64,000 bases of DNA from NCBI RefSeq assembly GCF_006345805.1, contig NW_021833449.1, positions 23,946 to 87,945 of the forward strand. Reading direction: 5' to 3'. Of this stretch, positions 28,046 to 40,685 are shown piece by piece. This stretch comes from Octopus sinensis (taxonomy: Eukaryota). The notes under the pieces are model-generated. The model ran no database searches and had not been told where the DNA came from. It saw only the letters and a program-made list of their open reading frames with translations. Every line of letters begins with the position of its first letter. Positions within the stretch are counted from its first letter, which is position 1. A program made the position numbers and the translations under genes.

Positions 28046-28715
28046 TGCGTGTGTGTGTATGTGTATTTGTGTGACTTTGTGTGAGTGTGTATATGTGTGT
28101 TTCTGTGTATGTGTGTTGATATTTGTCTCGTTCTCTAATTCCATTCTCCTTATTTATGATATATTCTGTAAAATAATGATAATAGACGAGAATGACGACG
28201 ATGATTATATAGATAATGATAATTGGGAAGATAATTAACTTAATTATGATGGGCGCAATAATAGCAGCCATGTTGCTCCTCTTCTTCTCCTTCTTCTTCT
28301 TCTTCTTGTTGACGTTGGCATTATTGTCTTTGCCACGGTTAGTTGTTGTTTTCAAAAGACCAGAGACAGCACAGATGAATCACAAAGCGATGATCTTAGC
28401 CGACTGACTGACTCATAATGGCTGGCAAATATTGTAAATAATGTCTGCAGACAGAGCAACAGGAATGGTAAAGTGTACCACCCAAGAGTTGGGTCTCTAC
28501 GTTATGTAAATGGATATACACGCAAACACACACACATAAATTACTTTTTACATATATACACATGTTTTATATACACACACACACACACACACGCACAGAC
28601 ACATATGTCTGAAACGTCGTACACACTCTTTTTTTCCATCTTAAACTGAGCGTCAAACTAATGCATTCTCTGTGTATGTCCATTTGACGTTTGTTTTGTT
28701 TTTGTTTTTGATCTG

Positions 28716-28759
<44 letters not shown>

Positions 28760-28929
28760 AATATATACATACATACATACATACATACAAGCATACATAC
28801 ATACCTATATGCATATATATATGTTTTGTGCATGTATAAATATATGTATATATATGTATGTATATATATATATATGTATATATATGTTTATGTATATATA
28901 TATATGTATATAATATATATATATAATAT

Positions 28930-29002
28930 ATATATAAATGTATATAAGTATACATTTATATAGACAAGCAGGCAGACAGAAAGAGATATATACATATATA
29001 TA

Positions 29003-29036
<34 letters not shown>

Positions 29037-29188
29037 TCATTCATGCATATACACACATATGTATATACATATACACACACACATATATATATATGTATAT
29101 ATATATATATTATATATATATATATATAATATATATATAAATGTATATAAGTATACATTTATATAGACAAGCAGGCAGACAGAAAGAG

Positions 29189-29243
<55 letters not shown>

Positions 29244-29340
29244 TTCATGCATATACACACATATGTATATACATATACACACACACATATATATATATGT
29301 ATATATATATATATGTATGGATATATATATATATTACATA
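28930..29340. repeat. Local tandem duplication of a ~203-bp microsatellite-containing unit
   Basis: aatgtatataagtatacatttatatagacaagcaggcagacagaaagag occurs at ~28937 and ~29140. Confidence 0.85.
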
Positions 29341-29799
29341 ATATATATATATATTACATATATATATGCATATGTGTATTTATGAATATACGGACACGGA
29401 CACACATGTTTATATATACATATATGTCTGTATATATGGTGTGTGTGTGTGTGTGTATACAAAAGAAAAAGGAGAAAATTCGTAATACATACATATGCAT
29501 ATATACATACATATTTCTATATGCATATTTATAAACATATACATACCCATATACGATATAAATATTCTGTAAATATATATTTATATATACACGTGTGCGC
29601 ATGTAAATGTACGTCTACACACATACACACACAGAGACACGCATATACTGGTTTATCTATTTATTATATAATCCATACATATATACATTCGTAATATCTG
29701 GCGTACATGAATATGTATGTATATGATTGAAGTACGAGTGCAAGGGCTATAACAACAAGCGATGTTAATGCCACGAACATGACCACGATCAGTAGTGGT

Positions 29800-30006
29800 G
29801 GTAGTAGTAGTAGTAGGATGATGATGATGATTATGATGATGATGATGGTGGTGGTGGTGATGATGATGATTATGATTATGATGATGATGACGATGATGAT
29901 GATGATGGTGGTGGTGATGATGATGATGATGATGGTGATGATCATGATTATTATGTTGATGATGATGATATGATGATGATGATGATGATGATGATGGTGA
30001 TGATGG

Positions 30007-30072
<66 letters not shown>

Positions 30073-30097
30073 GATGATGATGATGATGATTATTATG

Positions 30098-30128
<31 letters not shown>

Positions 30129-30144
30129 TGATGGTGATGATGAC

Positions 30145-30235
<91 letters not shown>

Positions 30236-30256
30236 GTGATGATCATGATTATTATG

Positions 30257-30287
<31 letters not shown>

Positions 30288-30303
30288 TGATGGTGATGAT
30301 GAC

Positions 30304-30355
<52 letters not shown>

Positions 30356-30372
30356 TGATGATGATGATGACA
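29800..30372. repeat. (ATG)n microsatellite with internal higher-order duplication
   Basis: The interruption motif atggtgatgatcatgattattatgttg recurs. A similar (CAT)n tract lies at 33650-33805. Confidence 0.97.
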
Positions 30373-30555
30373 TAACTCAAGAACCGAATTGAGCATTAGC
30401 TTTCGAAAATCCCAACGGTGCTTTTGTTCCCTGCAATCGTTCCTTGCTGCTGCTGCTGTTGTTGTTGTTGTTGATGTTGGTGTTGTTTGTGTTGTTGTTG
30501 TTATTGCTGTTTCTGTTTTGTTGCCAGTGTTTGTTATTCTTGTTATTATTGATAG

Positions 30556-30586
<31 letters not shown>

Positions 30587-30589
30587 ATT

Positions 30590-30945
30590 GGTGGTGTCGG
30601 TGGTGGTGTCGATGGTGGTGTCGGTGATGGTGGTGGTGATGGTGTCGGTGGTGGTGGTGGTGATGGTGTCGGTGGTGGTGGTGGTGGTGGTGTCGGTGGT
30701 GGTGTCGGTGGTGGTGTCGGTGGTGGTGTCGGTGGTGGTGTCGGTGGTGGTGTCGGTGGTGGTGTCGGTGGTGGTGTCGGTGGTGGTGGTGGTGGTGGTG
30801 TCGGTGGTGGTGTCGGTGGTGGTGTCGGTGGTGGTGTCGGTGGTGGTGTCGGTGGTGGTGTCGGTGGTGGTGTCGGTGGTGGTGTCGGTGGTGGTGTCGG
30901 TGGTGGTGTCGGTGGTGGTGTCCGTGGTGGTGTCGGTGGTGGTGG
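30590..30945. repeat. 12-bp minisatellite (GGTGGTGGTGTC)n
   Basis: More than 20 near-perfect units, seen directly. Confidence 0.95.
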
Positions 30946-31519
30946 TGTTAGCGTTTGGGTTCCTGTAATCTTTGCCGTTGTTCTTGCCGTTGCTTGTGTT
31001 GTTGTTGTTTACGTTGTTGTTGTTGTTGTAGTTGATAATGGTAATGTTAGTCTTTTTGTCCCTGTAATGTTTGTTTTTTTTTCATTTTTTGTTTACGCTG
31101 TTTTTGTTGTCTGTTGTTGTTTTCCTTATTTTTGTTATTTATGTTGCTTTTGTTGGTGGTGTTATTAGTGTTTTTGTTCCTGTAACCGTCGTTTGTTGTT
31201 ATTGTTGTTGTAGTTGTTGTTATTGTTGTTAAGGGTAGCAATAATGATGATGTCAGAGTCTGCTACATCAATAATAAAAAAAGAAAAAAAGGTGGCATTT
31301 GAAGAAATTCATATCAAGCGATACCCTGAGTGTTGCTATTAATCGTTTGGAAGTTCTCTCCACTTATAAATAGGTTCTTTCGGCTCAACCCCAAGTCAGT
31401 TTTAATACAGCTGACCAATCTATCCATGACCATCTCGTCTGTTTAATGCGATTATAGATTGTACAGTCAATCGCCACTCGCGAGTGTATATAACTTGCTA
31501 GCACATACTGTTGTTTGTT

Positions 31520-31815
31520 CCTTCTCGAGTCATGCCTGGCTTATAAGGGCCGGTTTCCCGGTTTCCTTGGCGTATAGGTTCCCCACCTGGACGGGACGCT
31601 GGTCCATCGCAGGTGAGCTGCAAGAAGTAGGAGGAAAGTGTGAGAGAAATTTGTGGCGAAAGAGTTAGCAGAAGTTCGCCATTACCTTCTGCCGGAGCCA
31701 CGCGGAGCTTAGATGTTTCGCTCATAAAAACACACATCGCCCGGTCTGAGATTCGAACCCGCGATCCCTCGACCGCGAGTCCGCTGCTCTAACCACAAGG
31801 CCATGTGCCTCCACG
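31520..31815 (-). mobile_element. SINE family C, tail type 3 (also 9010-9290)
   Basis: tRNA-like head gtggaggcacatggcc...ttcgaatctcag, shared middle, and a tail ending ccttataagccaggcatgactcg. Confidence 0.8.
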
Positions 31816-32039
31816 ATAACCCGTACTGAGCTTTCACTAATCGTCTTAGATGCTTTTGTACTCGCGAACACACAGACACCATTCAGCTTGCTCATCTTTC
31901 ATCCAGCCAAACGAATATTCTGGATGAGACAACTTGAATGGGAGAGACTGCTCAGCCACCACCTGGTTCGTGTTCTACGGCTGAAAAACCAGGAGGAAAA
32001 TAAAATAAAGTGACATGTTTAAGGACATGTAGTGACGCT

Positions 32040-32135
32040 ATTTTTGGAAGTTTTCAGCGCGCATGCGCAGAGTTGGATTACTTCCGGTAGGCCGCCGGAA
32101 TTTCCCTCATGCGCATGCGCAGAGAACTGCAAACT
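32040..32135. promoter_or_regulatory. Candidate housekeeping-type promoter
   Basis: Two NRF1-type palindromes GCGCATGCGC (32059, 32111) bracket ETS cores ACTTCCGG (32080) and CCGGAA (32095) in a CpG-rich non-repeat patch. Confidence 0.55.
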
Positions 32136-33682
32136 GAAAGCGTTCCCGCTAAATCTGTCCCGGACGTGATCAACCTACTCTCAGGAAAAACCCTACATAT
32201 AGAGAAGCTCTTTTCTAAGCGGGAACGGAGACGGTAATTTTGGCTCACACAAGTGAACATTTGTGAACAGTCTTGTGGACTGGGCTACCAGTTCGCCCAT
32301 AAGGAAAATATATGTGTGTATATTTTTTTTTATTTGCGAAACTCGGAAAAATAAAGTATTATTTATTGCTATTGAAGACAGTCGAATTTTGGTTCTCCCT
32401 TCGACAATTGTATGTGACAAGATAAGACAGACACCCCTCAAGTGTTCCTTGATGCTGAGAAAAATGAAATGGTAATGGCTGGAACGCTTTTAGTTTCAAG
32501 GATGCATGTTGAAAATGAACACCTCGACCATCACTACCACTACCTTTATCAGCAACAACAATAGGAGTCGATGAGGGAGCCTATACATGGTTGTTTAGTT
32601 TGCTTAGAAACGGCAGCCAAATCTGCCTCAAATCAAAGCTTTGTCTTAAAGAAATGTATGCAGCGGGTGATATGTAACCTCCTTAGCCACCCTTAAAAAG
32701 ATTAGTTTCTCGTAATAGGGTGGGGTGGCGGGCAGGAATTTGAACACAAATTCGTTCGATCAGCATTGACCAAGGGCTAACGAATAACTACTAATACTAC
32801 GGCTATTACGACTAGTGATGTGATGTGACCTCCTTCGGTCATGAATGACCATGGAATTGCACCTAGAAAGCTACCCTCCGAGGTACAAGTCTGGGCAATG
32901 TTGTTTATTGAAGACCAGCAGTCGCCCACGCATACCAGCCACCCAATCTACGCCACCGATGCTATCCAAGGGAAAGGCAAAGGCCAATACAGCTTGGCAC
33001 CATTGACGTCGCAGCTCATTTATTAAAGTGCAAGTGGCTGAGTACCTCACAGATACGTGTACCCTTAACGTAGTTCCCGGGGAGATTCAGCGTTACACAG
33101 AGTGTGACAAGAGCTGGCCCTTTGAAATACAAGTACAACAGAAACAGGAAGAAAGAGTGAGAGAACGTTGTGGTGAAAGAGTACGGCAGGGTTCACCACC
33201 AGCCTTACCGGCGCTTCGTGGAGCTTTAGGTGTTTTCGCTCAATAAACACTCACAATGCCCGGTCTGGGAATCGAAACCGCGATCCTACGACCACGAGTC
33301 CGCTGCTCTAACCACTGGGCCATTGCGCCTCCACATTACGACTAGTACAACTAGTACATCAGGATCAATTTCGTCATCGCATTATCCCCATCGTCATCAT
33401 CATTATTATCATAACCATCATTATCATCATCTTCGATGTCGTTCCCGCCGTTGCCATCATAATCACCACCACCACCACCACCACCAGCAACAACAACAAC
33501 AACAACAACATCATCATTGTCAAAACAACAACGGCAACAATAACGGCAACGACAATGATGTCCCCTCTTTTAGGTTTCAAATGACACCGGAAGAAGGCAA
33601 TCCCCGGTTATGTTCAGAGTCAACATAATTAATGATATAAATATCATCATCAACATTATCATCATCATCATCATCATCATTG

Positions 33683-33789
<107 letters not shown>

Positions 33790-35238
33790 GTCATCATCAT
33801 CATCAAAATTATCTTTTCTCGAATTGCCCCGGAAGGATGGAAGCTGCCGCGATGCATTTTAAACTCAGAATGTAAAATGGAGGCGAATCGTGACTTAATG
33901 CAGTAAATAATGCGGATGCTGTTTTACCACCACTCCCGCCACGACCACCACCACCACCACCACGAGCAACAACAAAAACAGAAGCAAAACACCATGACCA
34001 TCACCACAAAAAAAAAACAACCATCATTAGCATCACCCCACCACCACCACCAACACATCCCCAACAACCACTAGTATCAGCAATGGCAACAGCAACATCA
34101 GTAGAGGCACAATGGCCCAGTGGTTAGGGAAGCGGACTCGCGGTCGTAAGAACGCGGTTTCTATTTCCAGACCGGGAATTGTGAGTGTTTATTGAGCAAA
34201 AAAGACCTAAGGGTCTGTGTATATGTTTGAGTGTCTCTGTTTGTCCCCGCCCCCCAACATCGCTTGACAACCGATGCTGGTGTGTTTACGTCCCCGTCAC
34301 TTAGCTGTTCGGCAAAATAGAGACCGATAAATAAGTACCAGGCTTACAAAGAATAAGTCCTGGGGTCGATTTGCTCGACTAAAGGCGGTGCTCCAGCATG
34401 GCCACAGTCAAATGACTGAAGCAAGTAAAAGAGTAAATGAGTAAAAGAGTACTTCCAATATTCGTACAAGCGTATTACTCTACTATAACTAATTACCTTT
34501 CATTTATATCTACTTTACATATTCCAGACGTTTCTAACGGCTTTTAGTAGTTCAATACTTCTAATTAACAAGCAGAATCCTAAGATACTAATAATCTTCA
34601 TTTAAGAACCATATTTTTCAATTTATAATTCCAAGCTTAGAAGTAATTAGTCTCACACATTTTTGCTAATGCACCAACCATTTACGAGATTCTTTTAAAG
34701 GAAATAAATTTACAGGAGGTCATGCTTTCTACGATATCTACAAATAAAATTGGTTTAGAAGCGGGCATTCACGCGCATATACAACTGTACATACGTTTAC
34801 TCATTAAGTTCAATACGTTTTATCCGCATGGAAGACCTTGAGCTGGCAGAAACGTTAGCACGCCGGGCGAAATGCTTAGCGGCATTTCGTTTGCCGCTAC
34901 GTTCTGGGTTCAAATTCCGCCAATTGATTGGAAAGCATGCTTCGTAACCACACAGCCATACCTGCACCGACATAAATATTCTTACTATTTTTTCACCTTT
35001 ACGCCCTTCTCTCTCCATACTTCCCTTTTACATACCTGTCCATTGACCTTTGAACTTATTTCGTTTCTTCACCTTTAATCATTTAATTATTTCACTACCT
35101 CAAATGAAATACATTCCCGTTCTTATCAAATTCTAAATATCATCGCACCTACTGCATTGTGTTGATGAGATTTCGCTCTCACAATATATATACATACATA
35201 CATACAAATACATACATACATACATACATATAAATACA

Positions 35239-35274
<36 letters not shown>

Positions 35275-35395
35275 TATACATAAAATAGTAAATACCCCCA
35301 TCCCCCCCAAAAAAGAGAACAGACGCACAAAAAAAAAACGGGAGGACGTGGTACATGTAAGGTATTAGCAGACGCTCGGCGAAGGAAAGACAGAT

Positions 35396-35430
35396 GGTTT
35401 AACGTTTCGAGCAGAGCTCTTCTTCAGAAG
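35396..35430 (-). ncRNA. Minimal hammerhead motif, core intact, weak stem I
   Basis: Minus strand CUU-CUGAAGA-A-GAGC-UCU-GCUC-GAAA-CG-UU-AAACC. It lies in the same repeat family as 21430-21600 (shared flank gtattag...gctcgg / gtattag...tctcgg). Confidence 0.55.
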
Positions 35431-35656
35431 AGTAAGACGGAGGAAGAAAATCGCCAGCGATTCACATGTTATTTACAGTGTCACTGACGAAGAGGTTACC
35501 CATTAGAGCCATATGGCAGTAACACACGCAATAGGATCCAGACTGAATATGAGGGCATGTTTTATATACAATATTCTTTCGACTATCGCGGGTGTTACAT
35601 TCTGAAAACAGCACGATAGGAGAAAATCCGCGAAGTAGAAACAATACTGTACCGTA

Positions 35657-35695
<39 letters not shown>

Positions 35696-35918
35696 GATTA
35701 TTATTGTTGTTGTTGTTGTTGTTGTTGTTATTATTATTATTACTATTATTGTTATTATTATTGTTCTTATTGTTGCTGTTGTTATTGTTATTCTTGTTGT
35801 TGTTAGGTGTTGCTGTTGTTATTATTATTATTATTGTTATTATTATTTTTGTTATTTTTATTTTTATTATTTTTATTATTATTAGTGTTGTTTTTGTTGT
35901 TTTTGTTGTTGTTGTTGC

Positions 35919-35966
<48 letters not shown>

Positions 35967-36044
35967 CATTATAAGTATCTATTTATTTTATTATAAATGC
36001 AAAACAGCACCACGGAGGAATCGACGTAAGCGTAAATAATAAAA

Positions 36045-36112
36045 CGCGATAGATGAACCGCGATAGATGAACCGCCATAGGTGAACCGCGATATGGCGAG
36101 GGATTATTGTAT
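36045..36112. mobile_element. Terminus of a pogo/Tigger-like element
   Basis: Ends in cgcgatatggcgagggattattgta (reverse complement TA-CAATAATCCCTCGCCATATCGCG) and is preceded by tandem gatgaaccgcgata-type subterminal repeats. The other end was not found. Confidence 0.4.
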
Positions 36113-36299
36113 TATGTATCGGCAAATCAGTGACGGCAGTTAAAACCAACAAAGAAAGAATATAAAACAATAAAAATACAAGGGTAAATCAAATATTATA
36201 CGGACTCTTTTTGAAGTAGTTTATTAAAAACAAAGGTTGTTACATCACTTCTGACACAGTCTCTTTGTGTTACGTTGCTCTTCTTCCAGAAAGATGCTC

Positions 36300-36470
36300 G
36301 GAGCAGGAGTGGCTGTGCGGTAAGTAGCTTGCTAACCAACCACATGGTTCCAGGTTCAGTCCCACTGCGTGGCATCTTGGGCAAGTGTCTTCTGCTATAG
36401 CCCCGGGCCGACCAATGCCTTGTGAGTGGATTTGGTAGACGGAAACTGAAAGAAGCCTGTCGTATATATG

Positions 36471-36501
<31 letters not shown>

Positions 36502-36710
36502 TTATGTGTTTGTGTTAGTCCCCCTAGCATTGCTTGACAACCGATGCTGGTATGTTTACGTCCCCGTCACTTAGCGGTTCGGCAAAAGAGATCGATAGAA
36601 TAAGTACTGGGCTTACAAAGAATAAGTCCCGGGGTCGATTTGCTCAACTAAAGGCGGTGCTCCAGCATGGCCGCAGTCAAATGACTGAAACAAGTAAAAG
36701 AGTAAAGAGA
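36300..36710 (+). mobile_element. SINE family A, full-length
   Basis: Same consensus. Further plus copies at 40234-40620, 42148-42501, 44237-44648 and 62931-63315; fragments at 34215-34450, 44729-44786 and 63929-64000. Confidence 0.85.
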
Positions 36711-37066
36711 TAGTAAGAGGTTCATACGAGTTAATCTATAAGAAGTGTGGAACATTTCATAAGCAGTGTTTAGTAAATTATGTTTAAATTGTTTTTCCTG
36801 CCGTCTCCTTCAACCCAGAATTTTAAAAAAAATGGTTGTATGGTCAGCTTATTGGATGTAGAGAAATGAAATATTAAAATCATAATTATCGAGGACAGTT
36901 ATAGCTGTTACTTCTTAAAAAACAGAGATCCCAAACCTTCTGGTATGCACATCGTATATATGCTAGCTTCTACAGAAAATGACCTTCAAATGCAAATACA
37001 CACACACACATATGTATGTATATATGTATGCATGTATGTATGTATGTATGTATGTATGTATGTATG

Positions 37067-37097
<31 letters not shown>

Positions 37098-37595
37098 GCC
37101 CAGTTACAACTACAGTCGGCTATTACCAGTAAAGGTTTTAGTTGCCAATTTTGTACAAGACATTGTAGATCTTTAGCTGGGCTAAAAAGTCACATTCGAT
37201 CACAGCACCAGTAAAGTAACAGTTAAGCTTCGTGCAATGGCCATACTCGATAACGAGGGGGCAGCCATAATGTATGTATGTATGTATGTATGTATGTATG
37301 TATGTATGTATGTATGTATGTATGTATGTATGTATGTATGTATGTATGTATGTATGTATGCATTCTTTTGTTCTTTCACTTGTTTCTGTCATTTGACTGA
37401 CCCCACCTTCCCTGCCGGAGCCTTGTGGAGCTTCAGGTGTCTTTGCTCAATAAACACTCACAACGCCCGGTCTGGGAATCGAAACCGCGATCCTCCGACC
37501 GCTAGTCTGCTGCCGTAACCACTGGGCCATTGCATATGTATGTATGTGCTATATATTTGTGTGTATGTATGTTTTTTTGTTATATATATCCTATA

Positions 37596-37641
<46 letters not shown>

Positions 37642-37650
37642 CTATCTGTC

Positions 37651-37707
<57 letters not shown>

Positions 37708-38674
37708 TTATACACACATGGAACTGATTCTTTTCCACTTTTACTAGTTGTTGGAGGAGGGAGAGGATGAAGAGGGGAAGGACAGGAGAGGTAGGAGGAA
37801 GACGAGGAGGAGGAAGACGAGAGGAGAGGGTGATGGTGGTGGTTGTGGAGGTGGTGGTGGTGGTGGTGGTGGAGGAATACGAGGAGGAGGAGGTGGTGGA
37901 AGAGGAGAAAGAGGAGGTGAGGAGGCAGAGAGGAGGAGGAGGAGGTGAGGAGGAGGAAGAAGGAGGGAAGGAGGAGGAGCTGATAATGTTGATGGCACAT
38001 GTTGGTATTGCTGGAAGTGGGTTCGGTACAGAGAGTGTGGTGTCGATGGTGATGGTAGCGGAGGTAGTTTTACTGGTGATGAATTTATTGTTGGTTACAT
38101 AGCCCATGGGGGTATTCATTAATGGTGGCAGTGGTTGTGGTAGAGGTTAGTAATGCGGTTGTGGTAGTGGTATGGAAACTTCGGGTAGCAATGTTGGGTG
38201 ATGGTGGGAGTAGTGCTTTTGAAGGTACTGGTGGGGATGATGGTACATAATGGTGGTGGTGCTGGTGGTGCTGGTAGTGGTCTTTATGGTGAAGTTGATG
38301 GTAGTGTTTGTCTGTGCTACTGTTAGTGGTATTGGTGGTTAAGGTAATAATGTTATCGTGTTCAATGTGCTAGTGATGACGTTACTTCGAATGGTAATGT
38401 AGGCGTTGTTGTTGTAGTTGTTGTTGTTGGTGGTGGTGGTGGTGGAAGTGTTGGGAGTGGAGGTGGGGGCGTGGCGGTGCTGGTGCTGGTGGCGGTGGTT
38501 GTGGCGATGGTGGCGGTGGTTGTGGCGATGGTGGCGGCGAGGGTGGAAGCAAAATCAATATTTATAATTAAACATTAATTTAATCTTTTTTTTAAAGCCT
38601 TGAAGATTTCAATGAAGTATTTATGAAATTCGCAATTTCTGAAAGAATTATATTTAAAATTTTAAATCACGTTA

Positions 38675-38727
<53 letters not shown>

Positions 38728-39142
38728 TATATGGTATATATATGTATGTATTTTTTAAACTTTATTTCATAATAGAAAATAAAAGAACAGAAAAGAAAGA
38801 AGGAAAGACAGAAGGCAATGATTGAATAAATGAAAGAACGACAAAAAGACAGAAAGGAAATACAGAACAGAAGAAGGAATAACAGAGGTGGAAACGAAAG
38901 TTGGGTTTTCTGATTTAAAAAAGATTTTTCCTGATGGGTTTCTTCTCATTTTTACTAATTTCTTTTTGTAATTTTCCGTAAAATATGCGAAATATTATTA
39001 AATTTTGAAAATTTTATTTCCATCGTCTTCTTCAGTAGATTTTGCTATATTTATATCTATCTGTCTATCTTTCTATCTCTTTATCTACCGATTTGTCTTT
39101 AGATTTCTTTTGCATTTATGTATATCATAAATATATATATAT

Positions 39143-39454
39143 ATCGTGACGTATATTTGCCATTTGAATATGGCTAACCCCTAAGGGTGGATGCTACTTT
39201 ACTTTGTAGCCCCAGGAAGACACCTCCTCCAGCTGACTATAGACACACTTTCTGTGCCCTATCAGTATTTGTGAAGGGAAGTCATCCTTCCCGTCTTCAA
39301 CTTATGATACACACGGACTCGAGTTTCAAGGTATTGACCTATCATCGGCGTGTGACAATCATAGTTGTCGACGAGAAGTCAGTTGGCTACAAACTACAGT
39401 TAGCATCCACCCTTAGGGGTTAGCCATATTCAAATGGCAAATATACGTCACGAT
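39143..39454. mobile_element. MITE with perfect 54-bp terminal inverted repeats
   Basis: 39143-39196 is the exact reverse complement of 39401-39454, with imperfect extension ~15 bp further inward. The TSD is ambiguous (AT). Confidence 0.85.
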
Positions 39455-39543
39455 GTGTTGCCGCTACTGTTTATAACTCGCTCTGAGATTTAATCATTAT
39501 ATATATATATATATATCTAATATATATATATATATATATATAT

Positions 39544-39680
39544 ATCACCTTGATCACCTTGACCGACCAGTCCGTCAGCGTCCATTTGACACCGCTGGTC
39601 ACAGAACGCTGTCCACTCCTCTCTGGATCGCACCTTTCTCATCCACGCGATCCCAATCGTCCTCCTGAAATCGCAACTCC
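39544..39680 (-). mobile_element. LINE 3' end fragment matching SINE-C tail type 2
   Basis: Minus strand ends tgtgaccagcggtgtc...ctggtcggtcaaggtgatcaaggtgat, similar to the tail of the SINE-C copy at 53011. Confidence 0.5.
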
Positions 39681-39698
39681 ATATATATAATGCGATTG

Positions 39699-39735
<37 letters not shown>

Positions 39736-40685
39736 TAGCACCCCATCGTTCTCTACCGCTTTCTCTATGTCTCTGTGTGTGTGTGTGTGTGTGTGTGTTT
39801 ATATGCATGAATGTATGTATATATGTATGTATAAATAAATCAGGTAATCGTTGCAAGCCTCAATAGGAAAAGAAGGAGAGCTAATACTACAGAATAAGCA
39901 AATTCAGTTATATAGTTTTCTTATAACATGGTCAGATGTTACGACATTTGTCTCAGCAGAGAAGACATACAGTTGCCTGACGAGAGATATGAGACATATA
40001 TTTGTCTACGCTGGAGAGAAATTCTACAAACAATTAAATATAAAATTACACCTTTACTTTGATGCACATGGCACCAAAATGTTTCCTGTTGACTTATGTA
40101 ACTACTGCTGGAGGACAGAGATTAAATGTATGCTCTACATCATGAATTGAGTACAATATTTCTTCTTAGAACCACCAAACTCAAACACACACACATAGAT
40201 ATATATATCTATATGCATATAGATACGTATATAGCCGCGGAGTGACTGTGTAGTAAGGAGCTTGCTTCCCAACCACATGGTTCCGGGTTCAGTCCCACTG
40301 CGTCGCAACTTGGACAATTATCTTCTACTATAGCCTAGTCCCGACTAAAGCCTTGTGAGTGGACTTGGGAGTTGTAAAACGAAAGGAGCCTGTCGTATAT
40401 ATATGTACGTATTTATGTGTCTGTGTTTTCCCCCACCATTGCTTGACAACCGATGGTGGTGTTTTCATGTCCCCGTAGTTAATCGGTTCAGCAAAAGAGA
40501 ACGATAGAATAAGTACGTGGCTTAGAAATAATAAATCTTGGGGTCGATTTGTTCGACAAAAGGTGGTCCTCCAGCATGGCCGCAGTCAAATGACTGAAAT
40601 AAGAAAAAGAATAAAAGAATATATGTATACGTACATATATATATGTATATACATATAATATATATGCATATATATAGATAGATAG

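Noticed and set aside
29653-31168. GGGV/TPPP-repeat ORFs resembling extensin or glycine-rich proteins
   Set aside because: They are built from a 12-bp minisatellite and trinucleotide tracts, with no unique domain or convincing splice context.
36196-39950. Identical peptide SDVTTFV at ~36230 (minus) and ~39935 (plus) with different codons
   Set aside because: There is no similarity beyond 7 residues, and such matches are expected by chance in six-frame self-comparison of 64 kb.
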